A stretch of DNA of 62,941 nucleotides from a virus (lineage: Duplodnaviria > Caudoviricetes): positions 1 through 62,941 of the IMG/VR virus record IMGVR_UViG_3300030098_002385; one strand, given 5' to 3'. This document shows positions 9,131 to 18,548 of this stretch, one piece after another. The translations under genes and the position numbers were made by a program. The notes under the pieces are model-generated. The model made no database searches. It saw only the letters and a list, made by a program, of their open reading frames with translations, and was not told the origin of the DNA. Positions within the stretch are counted from its first letter, which is position 1, and each line of letters begins with the position of its first letter.

Positions 9131-9399
9131 TGGCTGTACGTAAAACTAAAAAAGGATTAGCTCTTAAGCGTTGGTTTAAAGAGGATTGGAGAACTCCTAG
9201 GGGTAATAAAGATTACTCTAAAGGAGAAAATACATTTAGACCTACTAAAAGAGTATCAAAAAAAACACCAAGTACATGGAGTGAGTTAAGTGCTTCTGAA
9301 AAGGCTCGTGCTAAAAAAGAAAAAAATACAAAGGGTAGAGTTAGTAGATATAAAAGAAAAAAGAAAAAAGGTCTTGGTGGAATAATACAACACAATTAA
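9130..9399 (+). CDS. Small basic protein ending GGIIQHN
   Basis: LKRWFKEDW...RPTKRVSKKTP.T. Confidence 0.7.
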   Translation: MAVRKTKKGLALKRWFKEDWRTPRGNKDYSKGENTFRPTKRVSKKTPSTWSELSASEKARAKKEKNTKGRVSRYKRKKKKGLGGIIQHN

Positions 9400-9400
9400 A

Positions 9401-9679
9401 ATGGCAAGGAATACATTAGCAGGTAAAAGAAATGGTACTTCTAGAACAGCAAAGTTCTACGCAAAAAATAAAAAATCTAGAGATAAAAAGAAAGCATACG
9501 ATACCAAATATCATAGTTCTACAGAAAGAAGAAAATATAGAGCTTCTTTAAATAAAGCAAATAAAAAAAGTAAATTAAGTAGAAAAGGTGATAAAAAAGA
9601 CATGTCCCACACTCGTGGCGGAAGTCTTATATTAGAGGCTCAAAAAAGAAATAGGGCTAGAAATAGGGGTAAAAAGTAG
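9401..9679 (+). CDS. Small basic protein, possibly a degenerate HNH-like fold
   Basis: GDKKDMSH...NRARN pattern. Confidence 0.55.
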   Translation: MARNTLAGKRNGTSRTAKFYAKNKKSRDKKKAYDTKYHSSTERRKYRASLNKANKKSKLSRKGDKKDMSHTRGGSLILEAQKRNRARNRGKK

Positions 9680-9761
9680 TAATTAACACTATTTTGTTAA
9701 TAAAACCACTATAATTATACACTTTTTTAAAAAAAAATTAGGATATTGGGTACGTTTTGTT

Positions 9762-10199
9762 ATGAAACCAAAAACACATTTAATAATAGCTGCTGTATTT
9801 GTTACAGAAAATAAATCAGATTTAGACCCAAAACTTAAAAATCTACCAGGCAAGTGGGACTTAATCAATACAGACGGCTCCCTATCTACCATAAACAATC
9901 CATCAGAAAACAAAGACGACGATATTTTAAAACTTGCCTATATAAAACCATTGAAACAAAATAACTTAGATAATAGAACATTTAAACAAGTGGATTCTAT
10001 GGAAGCTTACATTAAATACCATATACTAAGACACCCATCTATATATATATGCGATGTAAGCCTATTTTATAATAATTTAAAAGTAGGATTTAAAATAAAA
10101 AACTTAGCAGATGAAATGGGTATAGATGAAAGAAGTATTATGTTATTTTGTGAAGAAGAAATAAAAATACCAGATTATGAAGAAATCAGAAGAAGTTAA
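9762..10199 (+). CDS. Hypothetical protein
   Basis: 145-aa ORF overlapping the start of the next gene. Confidence 0.6.
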   Translation: MKPKTHLIIAAVFVTENKSDLDPKLKNLPGKWDLINTDGSLSTINNPSENKDDDILKLAYIKPLKQNNLDNRTFKQVDSMEAYIKYHILRHPSIYICDVSLFYNNLKVGFKIKNLADEMGIDERSIMLFCEEEIKIPDYEEIRRS

Positions 10200-11463
10200 A
10201 AAGTATTTACTAGAAAACCCTGACAAACAAAATGGAGACTATGCTAATACTGCTGCAATGTTTGGCACTAACTATGAACAAGTAAGAAGTATTGCAAGAA
10301 CAATAAGGGGTTCACATTCTAATAATAGAACTAAAAAGAAAGAGAAGTTAAGCATGGAAGAGGGTCCAGAAGGTAGATTTATAATAGCAGAAGATACAAC
10401 AAGAGTAAAGTCATTAGATGATTTGCTGAAAGCCTTTGATGTCAATGATAGTGAATGGGAAGTTGACTGGTACGACATTGGTACATACGAACAAACAGGT
10501 TTTGATAATGAAAGAAAACCAGTAACCATTACAATGTACCGTTGTAAAGCAAAATTAAAAAGAGCCAACCCATTTAAAAATCTAGAACTTACAAGAAGAG
10601 AGTTGATGGAAGACTTGTCGCAACATGTTAAAAGAGTTCCTCGGCACAAAAAAATAATTAAAGGACAAGATGAATCACCACACTTGTTAGAGATTGGCGC
10701 GTATGATTTGCACTTAGGTAAGATTGGTATCATAGGTGATGAGTATAGTATGGATATTGCAGAAGAAAGGTTAATGAAAGCTATAGACCATTTATTAATG
10801 AGAGCATCGTCATTCACTATAGATAAGATATTGTTTGTAGTTGGAAATGACTTGTTAAATACAGATGGAGATAAACCAATACCGCGCACTACTAAGGGGA
10901 CTCCTCAGTTTAATAGTGACCACCATATTGAAATGTATAAAAGAGCTAGAAGGCTTATGATAATGGCTATAGATGAATTAGCTTCAATATGCCCTGTTCA
11001 TGTGGTTGTTATGCCAGGGAATCACGATGAAGAATGTATAATGTACTTAGGGGACGCATTAGAGCTGTTCTACGAGCAGAATGACAATGTTCTAGTAGAT
11101 AACACTAGACCGCTAATGAAAGGTCTTAAATACGGTAAAAACCTTATTGCGTTTGACCACGGACATAAGATGAAAGCTGAGAAAGCTGTTCAAATACTAC
11201 CTCAAAGGTTTAAAGAAATGTGGAGTGATGTAGATTATGTAGAGCTACATAGAGGTCATTTACACGGAGTTCATCACAATAAGATTGGTGCCACTAAAGA
11301 GTATAGTGGAATCACTGTAAGGAACTTAGGTAGTATGTGCGCAACCGACCAATGGCATGATGATAAAGGATATGTGGGTAATATAAAAAGGGCGCATGGT
11401 TTTATATGGAGTAAGAACAATGGATTACAAGCAGAATTCTTTTACAATGTGCCTATAAATTAG
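10177..11463 (+). CDS. Calcineurin-like metallophosphoesterase with N-terminal HTH-like region
   Basis: DLH, GND, GNHD, HGH and GHLH motifs in order. Confidence 0.85.
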   Translation: MKKSEEVKKYLLENPDKQNGDYANTAAMFGTNYEQVRSIARTIRGSHSNNRTKKKEKLSMEEGPEGRFIIAEDTTRVKSLDDLLKAFDVNDSEWEVDWYDIGTYEQTGFDNERKPVTITMYRCKAKLKRANPFKNLELTRRELMEDLSQHVKRVPRHKKIIKGQDESPHLLEIGAYDLHLGKIGIIGDEYSMDIAEERLMKAIDHLLMRASSFTIDKILFVVGNDLLNTDGDKPIPRTTKGTPQFNSDHHIEMYKRARRLMIMAIDELASICPVHVVVMPGNHDEECIMYLGDALELFYEQNDNVLVDNTRPLMKGLKYGKNLIAFDHGHKMKAEKAVQILPQRFKEMWSDVDYVELHRGHLHGVHHNKIGATKEYSGITVRNLGSMCATDQWHDDKGYVGNIKRAHGFIWSKNNGLQAEFFYNVPIN

Positions 11464-11530
11464 AAAAAAGGAACTTCGGTATTATGTTTTACGCAAAAAT
11501 CAATTTGCAACCTACGCATTCCTTTTTTTC
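11463..11530. terminator. Probable bidirectional terminator at the convergence of the two arms
   Basis: gaaaaaaggaa ... ttcctttttttc inverted repeat between converging genes. Confidence 0.5.
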
Positions 11531-11536
11531 TTGTTA

Positions 11537-11998
11537 TCACAAAGATAATAAACTTTTCTTAAATGATTCTACTAGCTTTAGTTCGTTTCTTAGTCTCTTG
11601 TTTTGACTACGCAAAGTAGATATTTCTATACGCAACTTATCTACTTCAGAATTCCTAACTACAGAAGAAGAGTCTACTTCATAACCCTCATCTCTTGCAA
11701 ACATTTTTAGTTCATTGTACATAGATGAATAGTATCTAAACTTAACTCTTGTAGAGTGTTCTTTTTCGTAGAAGTGTATAGTAGCATGGTCTCTGTTAAG
11801 TATTTCACCAACTTCTACTTGGGTTAAATCAAAGCATTCTCTTAATACTTTACCAACACAAACCCTAGCTTCTGCTACCTTAGCTGTTCTCGTAGAACCT
11901 AATAAATCGCTTACGCTAACTTTAGCAAGTCTACACGTTAATATTAACAGGTTGTCTATTGATTCATTACCTGTTGATTGTTCTTTAGTTAATTTCAT
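11537..11998 (-). CDS. DnaA C-terminal (domain IV)-like HTH protein with coiled coil
   Basis: DLLGSTRT..VAEAR...LTQVEVGEILNRDHATIH resembles the DnaA domain IV signature. Confidence 0.8.
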   Translation of the reverse strand: MKLTKEQSTGNESIDNLLILTCRLAKVSVSDLLGSTRTAKVAEARVCVGKVLRECFDLTQVEVGEILNRDHATIHFYEKEHSTRVKFRYYSSMYNELKMFARDEGYEVDSSSVVRNSEVDKLRIEISTLRSQNKRLRNELKLVESFKKSLLSL

Positions 11999-12243
11999 TA
12001 TAATAATTTTAGATGGCGTTTTTTTACCATTAAGTTGAACTCTTTATTTCTTTCAGCTTTATCATGACAATCCCTGCACAAGGCTGCAAGATTCTCTATG
12101 TAATCTCTGTTTTTTGACCCCCCAATCCCACGTCTTTCAATGTGATGGATGTCAACAGCTTGTCTATTACATACCGTGCATGGTATGATATCGTCTAAAG
12201 CATAGTTAAAATATTTTAAATATATCTTAGTGTGCTTTTTCAT
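11998..12243 (-). CDS. HNH endonuclease
   Basis: CTVC...DIHH...NL..LCRDCH. Confidence 0.85.
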   Translation of the reverse strand: MKKHTKIYLKYFNYALDDIIPCTVCNRQAVDIHHIERRGIGGSKNRDYIENLAALCRDCHDKAERNKEFNLMVKKRHLKLL

Positions 12244-12593
12244 TTATCTTCATAGTCTCCTGATTCTATTAGTACACCTGAATTATCATCATTAAAGTAT
12301 AGCCATGCGTGGTGTTTCTTTTTATTACCACGCACAGCTATCTTTTTTCTTGTGTACCAAGAAGGGTGACCTTCTAATAAATCTAACATTTCCAAAACAT
12401 GTCCAGATACTTGATATACTTCACCAAATATGTTAGACACCTTTTCATGTTCATTAACAAATGGTATACCAGTATGATACATAGCATACTTATCTTTTGT
12501 AAAACCATAGTCAATAAACTTTGAATCTTTTAAAAGCACATGATTACCGTGACCTTTTCGTAAGGTTCCGTATACAAATACTAACTCTGCCAT
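12240..12593 (-). CDS. Gamma-glutamylcyclotransferase (AIG2-like)
   Basis: VFVYGTLRKG..N...GEVY...LD.LEG.P..Y.R. Confidence 0.9.
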   Translation of the reverse strand: MAELVFVYGTLRKGHGNHVLLKDSKFIDYGFTKDKYAMYHTGIPFVNEHEKVSNIFGEVYQVSGHVLEMLDLLEGHPSWYTRKKIAVRGNKKKHHAWLYFNDDNSGVLIESGDYEDK

Positions 12594-12796
12594 TTTTCTT
12601 TTTCTTCTATTGCAGACATAATGATTTTATAGTATTTTTCATACATTTTATTGTAAGTATCCTTAACAACGTCATGCATTACTAAACCTCTAAACTCATC
12701 GTAGTTATTTCTGTACATAGCTTCTTCACCATATATATTTTTGGTTTCACTTAAAGCTAGTGCTTCTGAAAGTTTCTTTGGATTTATTTTTGTCAT
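12581..12796 (-). CDS. Hypothetical protein
   Basis: 71-aa ORF in operon context. Confidence 0.6.
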   Translation of the reverse strand: MTKINPKKLSEALALSETKNIYGEEAMYRNNYDEFRGLVMHDVVKDTYNKMYEKYYKIIMSAIEEKEKWQS

Positions 12797-12820
12797 AATA
12801 ATTTATTTAAGTTAATACAC

Positions 12821-13615
12821 CTACAAAGTATATATATCACCTCCATTATAATCAAGCATTTCTACTTCATTTGGACCAGCTAATATACTAGTGTAGTATT
12901 GCAACCCACTCATGTAAAGCTCTCTACCTTGTTTAATAATATTTTTACTAAGCTTGTAAGTACATATACAGTACGGTGCATCCTTCTCAATAGCGACAAT
13001 ATAATAATCGTCATACCCCAATGCATCAAGATAATACGCCGCCTGCATATGATACTTAGCATTCATAATTAATTCTGTAAAGTTTTCTGGAGAAGCATTT
13101 CTTGTAGTCTTTAAATCTACTATATACTTTTCCTTAGTGTTAACAGCATCAAACTTACCCTTACAAAGAATATCTATATCTTTATTCTCCCATAAATATA
13201 TCTTCTCTATTTCATTACAGTTTTCTATAAGGTGAAAGTTTTTATTCTCTGATAGCTCTGCATACATACCCATAGCTCTTAAGTTATCCTTCATAGAAAT
13301 AATTTGCCTACCGTTTAATGTTTTATTAAACTTTTCTAAGGTAACCTTACCTAATGTTGTTCTTTTGTCTACATCAGGTTCTTCAACATAATGTTCTTTG
13401 TATTTATCAACACCCTCTAAGGCAAGCATATGAAAAGCTGTTCCAAACTTCATAGCTGCCGAAGGGTTTAAAGGATTTTCTAGTCTATGAACATAATATC
13501 TAGGACATTTTTCCATAAACATTTTAAGCATAGAGTTAGACATATACATACAGTCTTCGTAGTAAGTTTTATCTGTAACTTCTGCGTCTTTTATTAATTT
13601 TATTTTTGGTCTCAT
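12821..13615 (-). CDS. PD-(D/E)XK exonuclease, RecE/exonuclease VIII-like
   Basis: SNSMLK, GTAFH, CKGKFD, VDLKTT, YHMQAAYY; likely start 13615. Confidence 0.85.
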   Translation of the reverse strand: MRPKIKLIKDAEVTDKTYYEDCMYMSNSMLKMFMEKCPRYYVHRLENPLNPSAAMKFGTAFHMLALEGVDKYKEHYVEEPDVDKRTTLGKVTLEKFNKTLNGRQIISMKDNLRAMGMYAELSENKNFHLIENCNEIEKIYLWENKDIDILCKGKFDAVNTKEKYIVDLKTTRNASPENFTELIMNAKYHMQAAYYLDALGYDDYYIVAIEKDAPYCICTYKLSKNIIKQGRELYMSGLQYYTSILAGPNEVEMLDYNGGDIYTL

Positions 13616-13836
13616 ACTAATGTGTATTTTGATACAGTGGTTGAACCACCCCATCTGTTGCTAACTTTAATATCTTCACTTTCTATATTATATCCATCAC
13701 TTCTTAGTGTGTATATAGTAGCTGATAATCTAGTGTTACCTAAATCTCTTATTGCATCTAGACTTGTTATGCTTTTAAATTGCTTTAAATAATCTAACAA
13801 TCTAGTATAGTGAGTATTACTTCTTCTCTTTGTCAT
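13612..13836 (-). CDS. Winged-helix DNA-binding protein
   Basis: ITSLDA...G.TRLSA.IY.LR..GYNI. Confidence 0.75.
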   Translation of the reverse strand: MTKRRSNTHYTRLLDYLKQFKSITSLDAIRDLGNTRLSATIYTLRSDGYNIESEDIKVSNRWGGSTTVSKYTLV

Positions 13837-14209
13837 TGTTATTCGGTTTTATGGTGATTAATACACCTGGTTTAACTTTATTATATTCATAGGGTTCAAA
13901 TACAGGTAATAAGAATGTTGCGTTGTCATCTTCTATCCAATGATACTTAACCATAAGGTCTTGCACTGTTTGTAAAGGGTTGACATAATCAAACTTTCTT
14001 TTACTGTTTCTTATAAACTTAAATGATATTATATAAGGGGGTTCATACTTTTTTAACTCAGTTGTAAATGCTTTTCTTAGTCTTAGGTAATCATCTTTGG
14101 TTTCTTTTATATATCTCATGGTAGTCTTACTGTGTATAAGATACTTTCCTGTCCACCTTTTTCCATTCTTACTTGATGGAACATTACCTAGTATAAAAAA
14201 ACTATTCAT
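13817..14209 (-). CDS. RusA-like Holliday junction resolvase
   Basis: GNVPSSKN, FDYVN...VQDLM...IEDDN. Confidence 0.7.
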   Translation of the reverse strand: MNSFFILGNVPSSKNGKRWTGKYLIHSKTTMRYIKETKDDYLRLRKAFTTELKKYEPPYIISFKFIRNSKRKFDYVNPLQTVQDLMVKYHWIEDDNATFLLPVFEPYEYNKVKPGVLITIKPNNNDKEKK

Positions 14210-14606
14210 AATCAACTTCGTTTGGGTCTGGTATATATAAACCTAATGTTGTAGACGCAAATCGTTTAACCTCTTCTATAAACTCATTCATTTCTTTGTG
14301 AGATAGCTTGGTTGTTGATTTAGTGCTGTCTACCCATACTCCCTTTATTTGATATCTTGTTCTAAGAAACATAGATTTTAACACCTCATGCATTTCATCT
14401 TTGTCGTATCCTGTTTCTTCAGATAAAAGCTTGACGACCACTGCCCAATAATACGAGTTGAGATTAAGACTACGTCTCTTTCTCTGCTCCCCCACTGTAA
14501 TAACTACAGTTCTGCCCTCGTAACTAAGCATGTGGTCATCAAACAATTCTTTGTTTTGATAAGTCACTTTACCATTTTTTATATATGCTAAGTGCTTACC
14601 ACCCAT
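14202..14606 (-). CDS. NinB/Orf-like recombination protein
   Basis: RSL..NSYYW...GY...EMHE...STTKL...EM..FIE.V...G..IPDP. Confidence 0.75.
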   Translation of the reverse strand: MGGKHLAYIKNGKVTYQNKELFDDHMLSYEGRTVVITVGEQRKRRSLNLNSYYWAVVVKLLSEETGYDKDEMHEVLKSMFLRTRYQIKGVWVDSTKSTTKLSHKEMNEFIEEVKRFASTTLGLYIPDPNEVDYE

Positions 14607-14777
14607 TTAACAAACACAATTTTTAGTTGCTATTCCTACATTTAATAGAACAAATTTGAAACACTTTCGTGATATATCAAACTTTAATTCTATAAAAGTA
14701 AATCCTAACATTCTAAATTCTAACTTGAACTTATCTAATTGTCTTGCATTTGAGGTAAAATAATTTACTAATTTCAT
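14607..14777 (-). CDS. Small hypothetical protein (56 aa, not in ORF track)
   Basis: MKLVNYFTSNARQLDKFKLEFRMLG...KNCVC; fills the gap between neighbours. Confidence 0.55.
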   Translation of the reverse strand: MKLVNYFTSNARQLDKFKLEFRMLGFTFIELKFDISRKCFKFVLLNVGIATKNCVC

Positions 14778-14787
14778 ATCTTAAATT

Positions 14788-15336
14788 TTAAAATGGTACT
14801 TCTACATCATCACCACCCCCTACACTTGAAAGACTTACAGCATCATCATATCTAGCTCTTTCTTCAGCTGACATAGGTTTGTTGTAACTATCCTTGAAAG
14901 TTATCTTTCTTCCGTGAGGACTGGCAAATTTGTATTCTACCCTTGATTTTATTTCTGGCTTATTGGTGTCTTTGTCTGTAGTCCAATACTCCCTTTTTGC
15001 TAAACACACTTCAACCTTATTGTTTAATATAGAATTACAAGCAATATGTGGGTCTGTGAAATTTATACAACCTGCTGCCGTTAGGAAAGACTTAAATATC
15101 TCTGTTCTAACTCTTGCAGCTGCCTCACTAGTATAGTTGTCTACACCTGTGAATTTTAGAAATGCAATACCAGAGTCATTACCTACCATAAATTCTGTAT
15201 ATGGTGTGCCTTGATGTCCTGGTACCTCATCACTAGTTTTAAACTTTCTAATTTCTACTGTGTGCGCTCCTGCACCTAAGTAATCTGACTTAGTATCAGG
15301 AGTCTTTAATTTGGTTTCATTCAATTTGGGAAACAT
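14788..15336 (-). CDS. Putative single-stranded DNA-binding protein
   Basis: Acidic C-terminus DDVEVPF; follows a Sak4-like ATPase. Confidence 0.65.
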   Translation of the reverse strand: MFPKLNETKLKTPDTKSDYLGAGAHTVEIRKFKTSDEVPGHQGTPYTEFMVGNDSGIAFLKFTGVDNYTSEAAARVRTEIFKSFLTAAGCINFTDPHIACNSILNNKVEVCLAKREYWTTDKDTNKPEIKSRVEYKFASPHGRKITFKDSYNKPMSAEERARYDDAVSLSSVGGGDDVEVPF

Positions 15337-15357
15337 TTTATTCGATTTTAGTTAAAC

Positions 15358-15993
15358 TTATTTATAATATTCTTCACACTTATCTATAACAGTTTTTAAA
15401 CAGTTATCTATGTGCAAACTATCAAACATACCCATAGGACTCTTTGCAGAATCTCTACCCGTAGTGTTTGTTCTAAATCTGTAGCTTACTTCATTATCTG
15501 TTTTTCTTGTATCAGTAAACAAGCACACTACAAACTCTTTCTCAACTCTTTTCTTCCATCTATTACCATCTACTGCAACATAACGCTCTTCAACACCATT
15601 ATCCCCATCATAAACGCTATCTATAGCAGTAAATACAACATACTTATTAGAGTTTTTAGACTTATCAAGTATCTTATCTATCTCTTTGTTGTAATAACTC
15701 CATACATCAAAGCCTTTGTATCTTACATCAGCTTCTCTAAATATGATTTCTATAAGAGAGGTAAAAGATTCTACGATTATAGTATCTACTTTATCACTTG
15801 ACATAGCTTTATCTAAAGCTGCGTGAAACTCTGCCACGCTTTTAATTGGAACGTTCATAAAGTCTTTTGCGTTCCTGAACGGTAACTGTTTTCTTTCAGT
15901 ATTAATAACAGCTGTTCTTTCTGGTTGTAAATTTCGTATTGAACTAGATTTACCTGAACCTGATGGTCCAACAATAATTATATTCGGTTTCAT
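15358..15993 (-). CDS. AAA P-loop ATPase, Sak4-like
   Basis: Walker A GPSGSGKS; Walker B IIVES; AKSPMGMF. Confidence 0.8.
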   Translation of the reverse strand: MKPNIIIVGPSGSGKSSSIRNLQPERTAVINTERKQLPFRNAKDFMNVPIKSVAEFHAALDKAMSSDKVDTIIVESFTSLIEIIFREADVRYKGFDVWSYYNKEIDKILDKSKNSNKYVVFTAIDSVYDGDNGVEERYVAVDGNRWKKRVEKEFVVCLFTDTRKTDNEVSYRFRTNTTGRDSAKSPMGMFDSLHIDNCLKTVIDKCEEYYK

Positions 15994-16214
15994 TTGTCTT
16001 TCGTTTTTAAATTAAATAATTCGTTTTTTGTAATCGGTTTTTTCTTTTGCTTAGACTTGACAAATTTAACATAGCCCTTAAACATAAAATTTTTATCACG
16101 CTTAAGATTGTTTTCTATTTCATCAAAAGTTTTGTTAAGAACTTTCTTTACAAGCTCCTTACTAATTTTCAACTTTTTAGATAGCCTTTTTGCTGTGTCG
16201 TCAAACCTAATCAT
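15990..16214 (-). CDS. HU/IHF-like DNA-binding protein
   Basis: SKELVKKVLN..FDEI...L......FKGYVKF. Confidence 0.6.
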   Translation of the reverse strand: MIRFDDTAKRLSKKLKISKELVKKVLNKTFDEIENNLKRDKNFMFKGYVKFVKSKQKKKPITKNELFNLKTKDK

Positions 16215-16221
16215 AGTTGTA

Positions 16222-16248
16222 CAAATCTACTAAATAAATACAAATATA
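16222..16248 (-). promoter_or_regulatory. Two TAnnTTTG -7 elements (TAGATTTG 16222-16229, TATATTTG 16241-16248)
   Basis: Intergenic, upstream of the HU/recombination operon. Confidence 0.55.
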
Positions 16249-16280
16249 CAAAAGAAAAAAACAAAATAATTTAGAAGTTA

Positions 16281-17582
16281 TTAAGTGTTGAATGTTGACA
16301 ACTCTTCAAACTTAGTTAGATAGTCTATGAATCTTAAGTACTTACTACCAATACCAATGTTTCTACCTTTAGCAAATATTATCTCAGCCATGCCTTCTAT
16401 ACTATTGCCATTGTCATCAGTCTTAAGTCCATAATATTCAGGTCTATAAACAAATGCTACAACATCTGCAGCTTGTTCTATTTCACCTGATTCTCTTAGG
16501 TCCGCTAGAGTTGGTCTACCTGTTTCTCTTTTACTAACATTTCTAGATAGTTGAGATAAGGCTACTACAGTTATATCTAATTCCTTGGCTATATTCTTTA
16601 ATGCCCTAGCAACTTGAGATACCTCCTGTTCTCTTGTCCTACCGCGCATACTATAAGATATTAATTGAAGATAGTCTACAACGACCATTTCAACTTTTTT
16701 TGCAACAACATATTGCCTTATTCTGTTTAGTAAATATTTTAATGATGTGTTTCTACATTCATCTATATACATATTAAGTTTTTCAAAACCACCTACACTT
16801 TGGTGTATTTTAACTAACTCATCTTCATATATAGTACCTTTAAGTAAATGTTTGTTATTAATATTAGTGTCACCACTTATCATACGCATAAGCATTTGAT
16901 TAACAGACATTTCATAAGAAAATATAACAACAGAATGCCCTATGTGGGCGGCATTAACAGCTACATTTAAAGCAAAACTGGTTTTACCCATAGATGAGGC
17001 ACCACCAATTATAACTAAATCTTGTTTTTGCCAACCACTTGTAAACTTATCAATAGATTCAAAGCCACTAGGTATACCAGTCATACCACTAGAATTCATG
17101 TTTTTTTCTAAATTCTTAAGCATACTGGGCATTTGCTCACCAATAGAAAATAATTCATTGTTATCAACACTACCTATTTTATGAACATTTTGTTCTATAT
17201 AGTCTACTGTATCAAATAAATCTTCATCATTATCTATCTTATCTATAGTTTGCATACAAATCATTTTAAGCTCTTTCTTTCTACTTAACTGATTGAGTAC
17301 CAATATGATAGACTGACAAGTAGAACCATCATAAGCCATTTCTGTGCATTTTTGTGCAACTTCAATGGCTATTGATGTATTTGAAAAGGACATATAAAAA
17401 TCTGTTAAATCTATTTTACCATTATCTTGGTATTGTTTGTCTAACAACTTAAATAATTTTATGTGGTCAGAGTTCTCAAATAGTGAGTGACTTAACAAAG
17501 AGTGATTATTATAATAATTTTCTGGATTGTTGATTAACTTACCAAGCAATATCCTTTCTAATTCTAATCTGTTAGAGTTCAT
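16281..17582 (-). CDS. dnaB: Replicative DNA helicase DnaB
   Basis: GASSMGKT, FSYEM, VVVDYLQL, ALSQLSR, DLRESGEIEQAAD. Confidence 0.95.
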   Translation of the reverse strand: MNSNRLELERILLGKLINNPENYYNNHSLLSHSLFENSDHIKLFKLLDKQYQDNGKIDLTDFYMSFSNTSIAIEVAQKCTEMAYDGSTCQSIILVLNQLSRKKELKMICMQTIDKIDNDEDLFDTVDYIEQNVHKIGSVDNNELFSIGEQMPSMLKNLEKNMNSSGMTGIPSGFESIDKFTSGWQKQDLVIIGGASSMGKTSFALNVAVNAAHIGHSVVIFSYEMSVNQMLMRMISGDTNINNKHLLKGTIYEDELVKIHQSVGGFEKLNMYIDECRNTSLKYLLNRIRQYVVAKKVEMVVVDYLQLISYSMRGRTREQEVSQVARALKNIAKELDITVVALSQLSRNVSKRETGRPTLADLRESGEIEQAADVVAFVYRPEYYGLKTDDNGNSIEGMAEIIFAKGRNIGIGSKYLRFIDYLTKFEELSTFNT

Positions 17583-17770
17583 AGTCCCAAAGCTTTATTT
17601 TTAATACTTATTTTGAACTCTAAATATTTTATGTATTTAATCATATGTTTTATATAAAACTGGTCATCTTGTTTTAACTCTTCCATTCTAAAGTTTTCAA
17701 AATATTCTATAGCATTAAAAGTTTCTATAGAATTTACTATTATTGCTTTATCTAATTTATCTTTCATCAT
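17579..17770 (-). CDS. Hypothetical protein
   Basis: Overlaps both neighbours; likely start MMKDK. Confidence 0.55.
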   Translation of the reverse strand: MMKDKLDKAIIVNSIETFNAIEYFENFRMEELKQDDQFYIKHMIKYIKYLEFKISIKNKALGL

Positions 17771-18062
17771 AATTTTTGTATTTAGGTTTAACATATACTG
17801 AATTGTTTAATGTTTCTTTTATATTTGGAACCTCATCTTCCCATCTTTCGTGTTTAAGCCACCTAATAGGGTGAGGAAATTCAGGACAAAAAACATTATT
17901 TGCATTACATATATCCTTATATTTCTTTTGCTTGTCTAAAGCAACCATCATAATAGTATATAATTCAGGAGAAGGTTTTAGTTTTTTCCAATACTCTTTG
18001 CATTGTTTTTTACCCACCTTCTTAGGGTATTTTTTCCAAAAATAATCAAATAACTTTTTCAT
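17757..18062 (-). CDS. Phage replication-initiator C-terminal-like domain (standalone)
   Basis: FDYFWKKYPKKVGK...W.KL...P..WL..ERWEDE; upstream of dnaB. Confidence 0.65.
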   Translation of the reverse strand: MKKLFDYFWKKYPKKVGKKQCKEYWKKLKPSPELYTIMMVALDKQKKYKDICNANNVFCPEFPHPIRWLKHERWEDEVPNIKETLNNSVYVKPKYKNYDER

Positions 18063-18229
18063 AATTTGTTATATATTTTATCTACTATTTTTCTCATGGT
18101 ATTATATCTTTTTTTATCACTATAATACATTGACATTTCATCAGCTGGTGTACTTATAGAGGTATCTATTAAAGTACTTAATTGTATAGCTTGATTACGA
18201 GTTAATTTAATTGTTATTGTTTTTTTCAT
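18059..18229 (-). CDS. Small hypothetical protein (56 aa, not in ORF track)
   Basis: MKKTITIKLTRNQAIQL...; ATGA overlap with 18062. Confidence 0.5.
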   Translation of the reverse strand: MKKTITIKLTRNQAIQLSTLIDTSISTPADEMSMYYSDKKRYNTMRKIVDKIYNKL

Positions 18230-18231
18230 AA

Positions 18232-18468
18232 TTAATCATATTTTAATTTCATTGAATCTAGTTGAGCGCCTAATTCCATAACTTCTAACTCAAGTTGTTG
18301 TGCATAGTTATATTCAATAGATTCATGTAAACGTTCTATAAATAATTTTTGATTGTTATTTTGTTCCTGTAATGATTCTACAAGAAGAGATTTTTGACCA
18401 AGTTTAGTCAAAGTTATTAATAGACACACGCCTACTAATACAATAGATACTAGTATAATATTTTTCAT
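18232..18468 (-). CDS. Membrane-anchored coiled-coil protein
   Basis: Likely start MKNIILVSIVLVGVCLL at 18468. Confidence 0.55.
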   Translation of the reverse strand: MKNIILVSIVLVGVCLLITLTKLGQKSLLVESLQEQNNNQKLFIERLHESIEYNYAQQLELEVMELGAQLDSMKLKYD

Positions 18469-18521
18469 GGTATGTAAATTTAAGTAAATAATTGTTAATA
18501 ATAAAATAAAGTTTTTAACAT

Positions 18522-18534
18522 ATGATAGTGAACA
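18522..18534 (-). promoter_or_regulatory. Repeated motif TGTTCACTATCAT (candidate phage promoter)
   Basis: Identical 13-mer at 23758-23770; related copies at 22290 and 23269. Confidence 0.5.
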
Positions 18535-18548
18535 ACAAAATAAAATAA

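Noticed and set aside
10445-10455. Extra ATGATAGTGAA copy
   Set aside because: It lies inside the phosphoesterase coding sequence (N-D-S-E) with no leftward gene to serve; treated as probably incidental, though an antisense promoter is not excluded.
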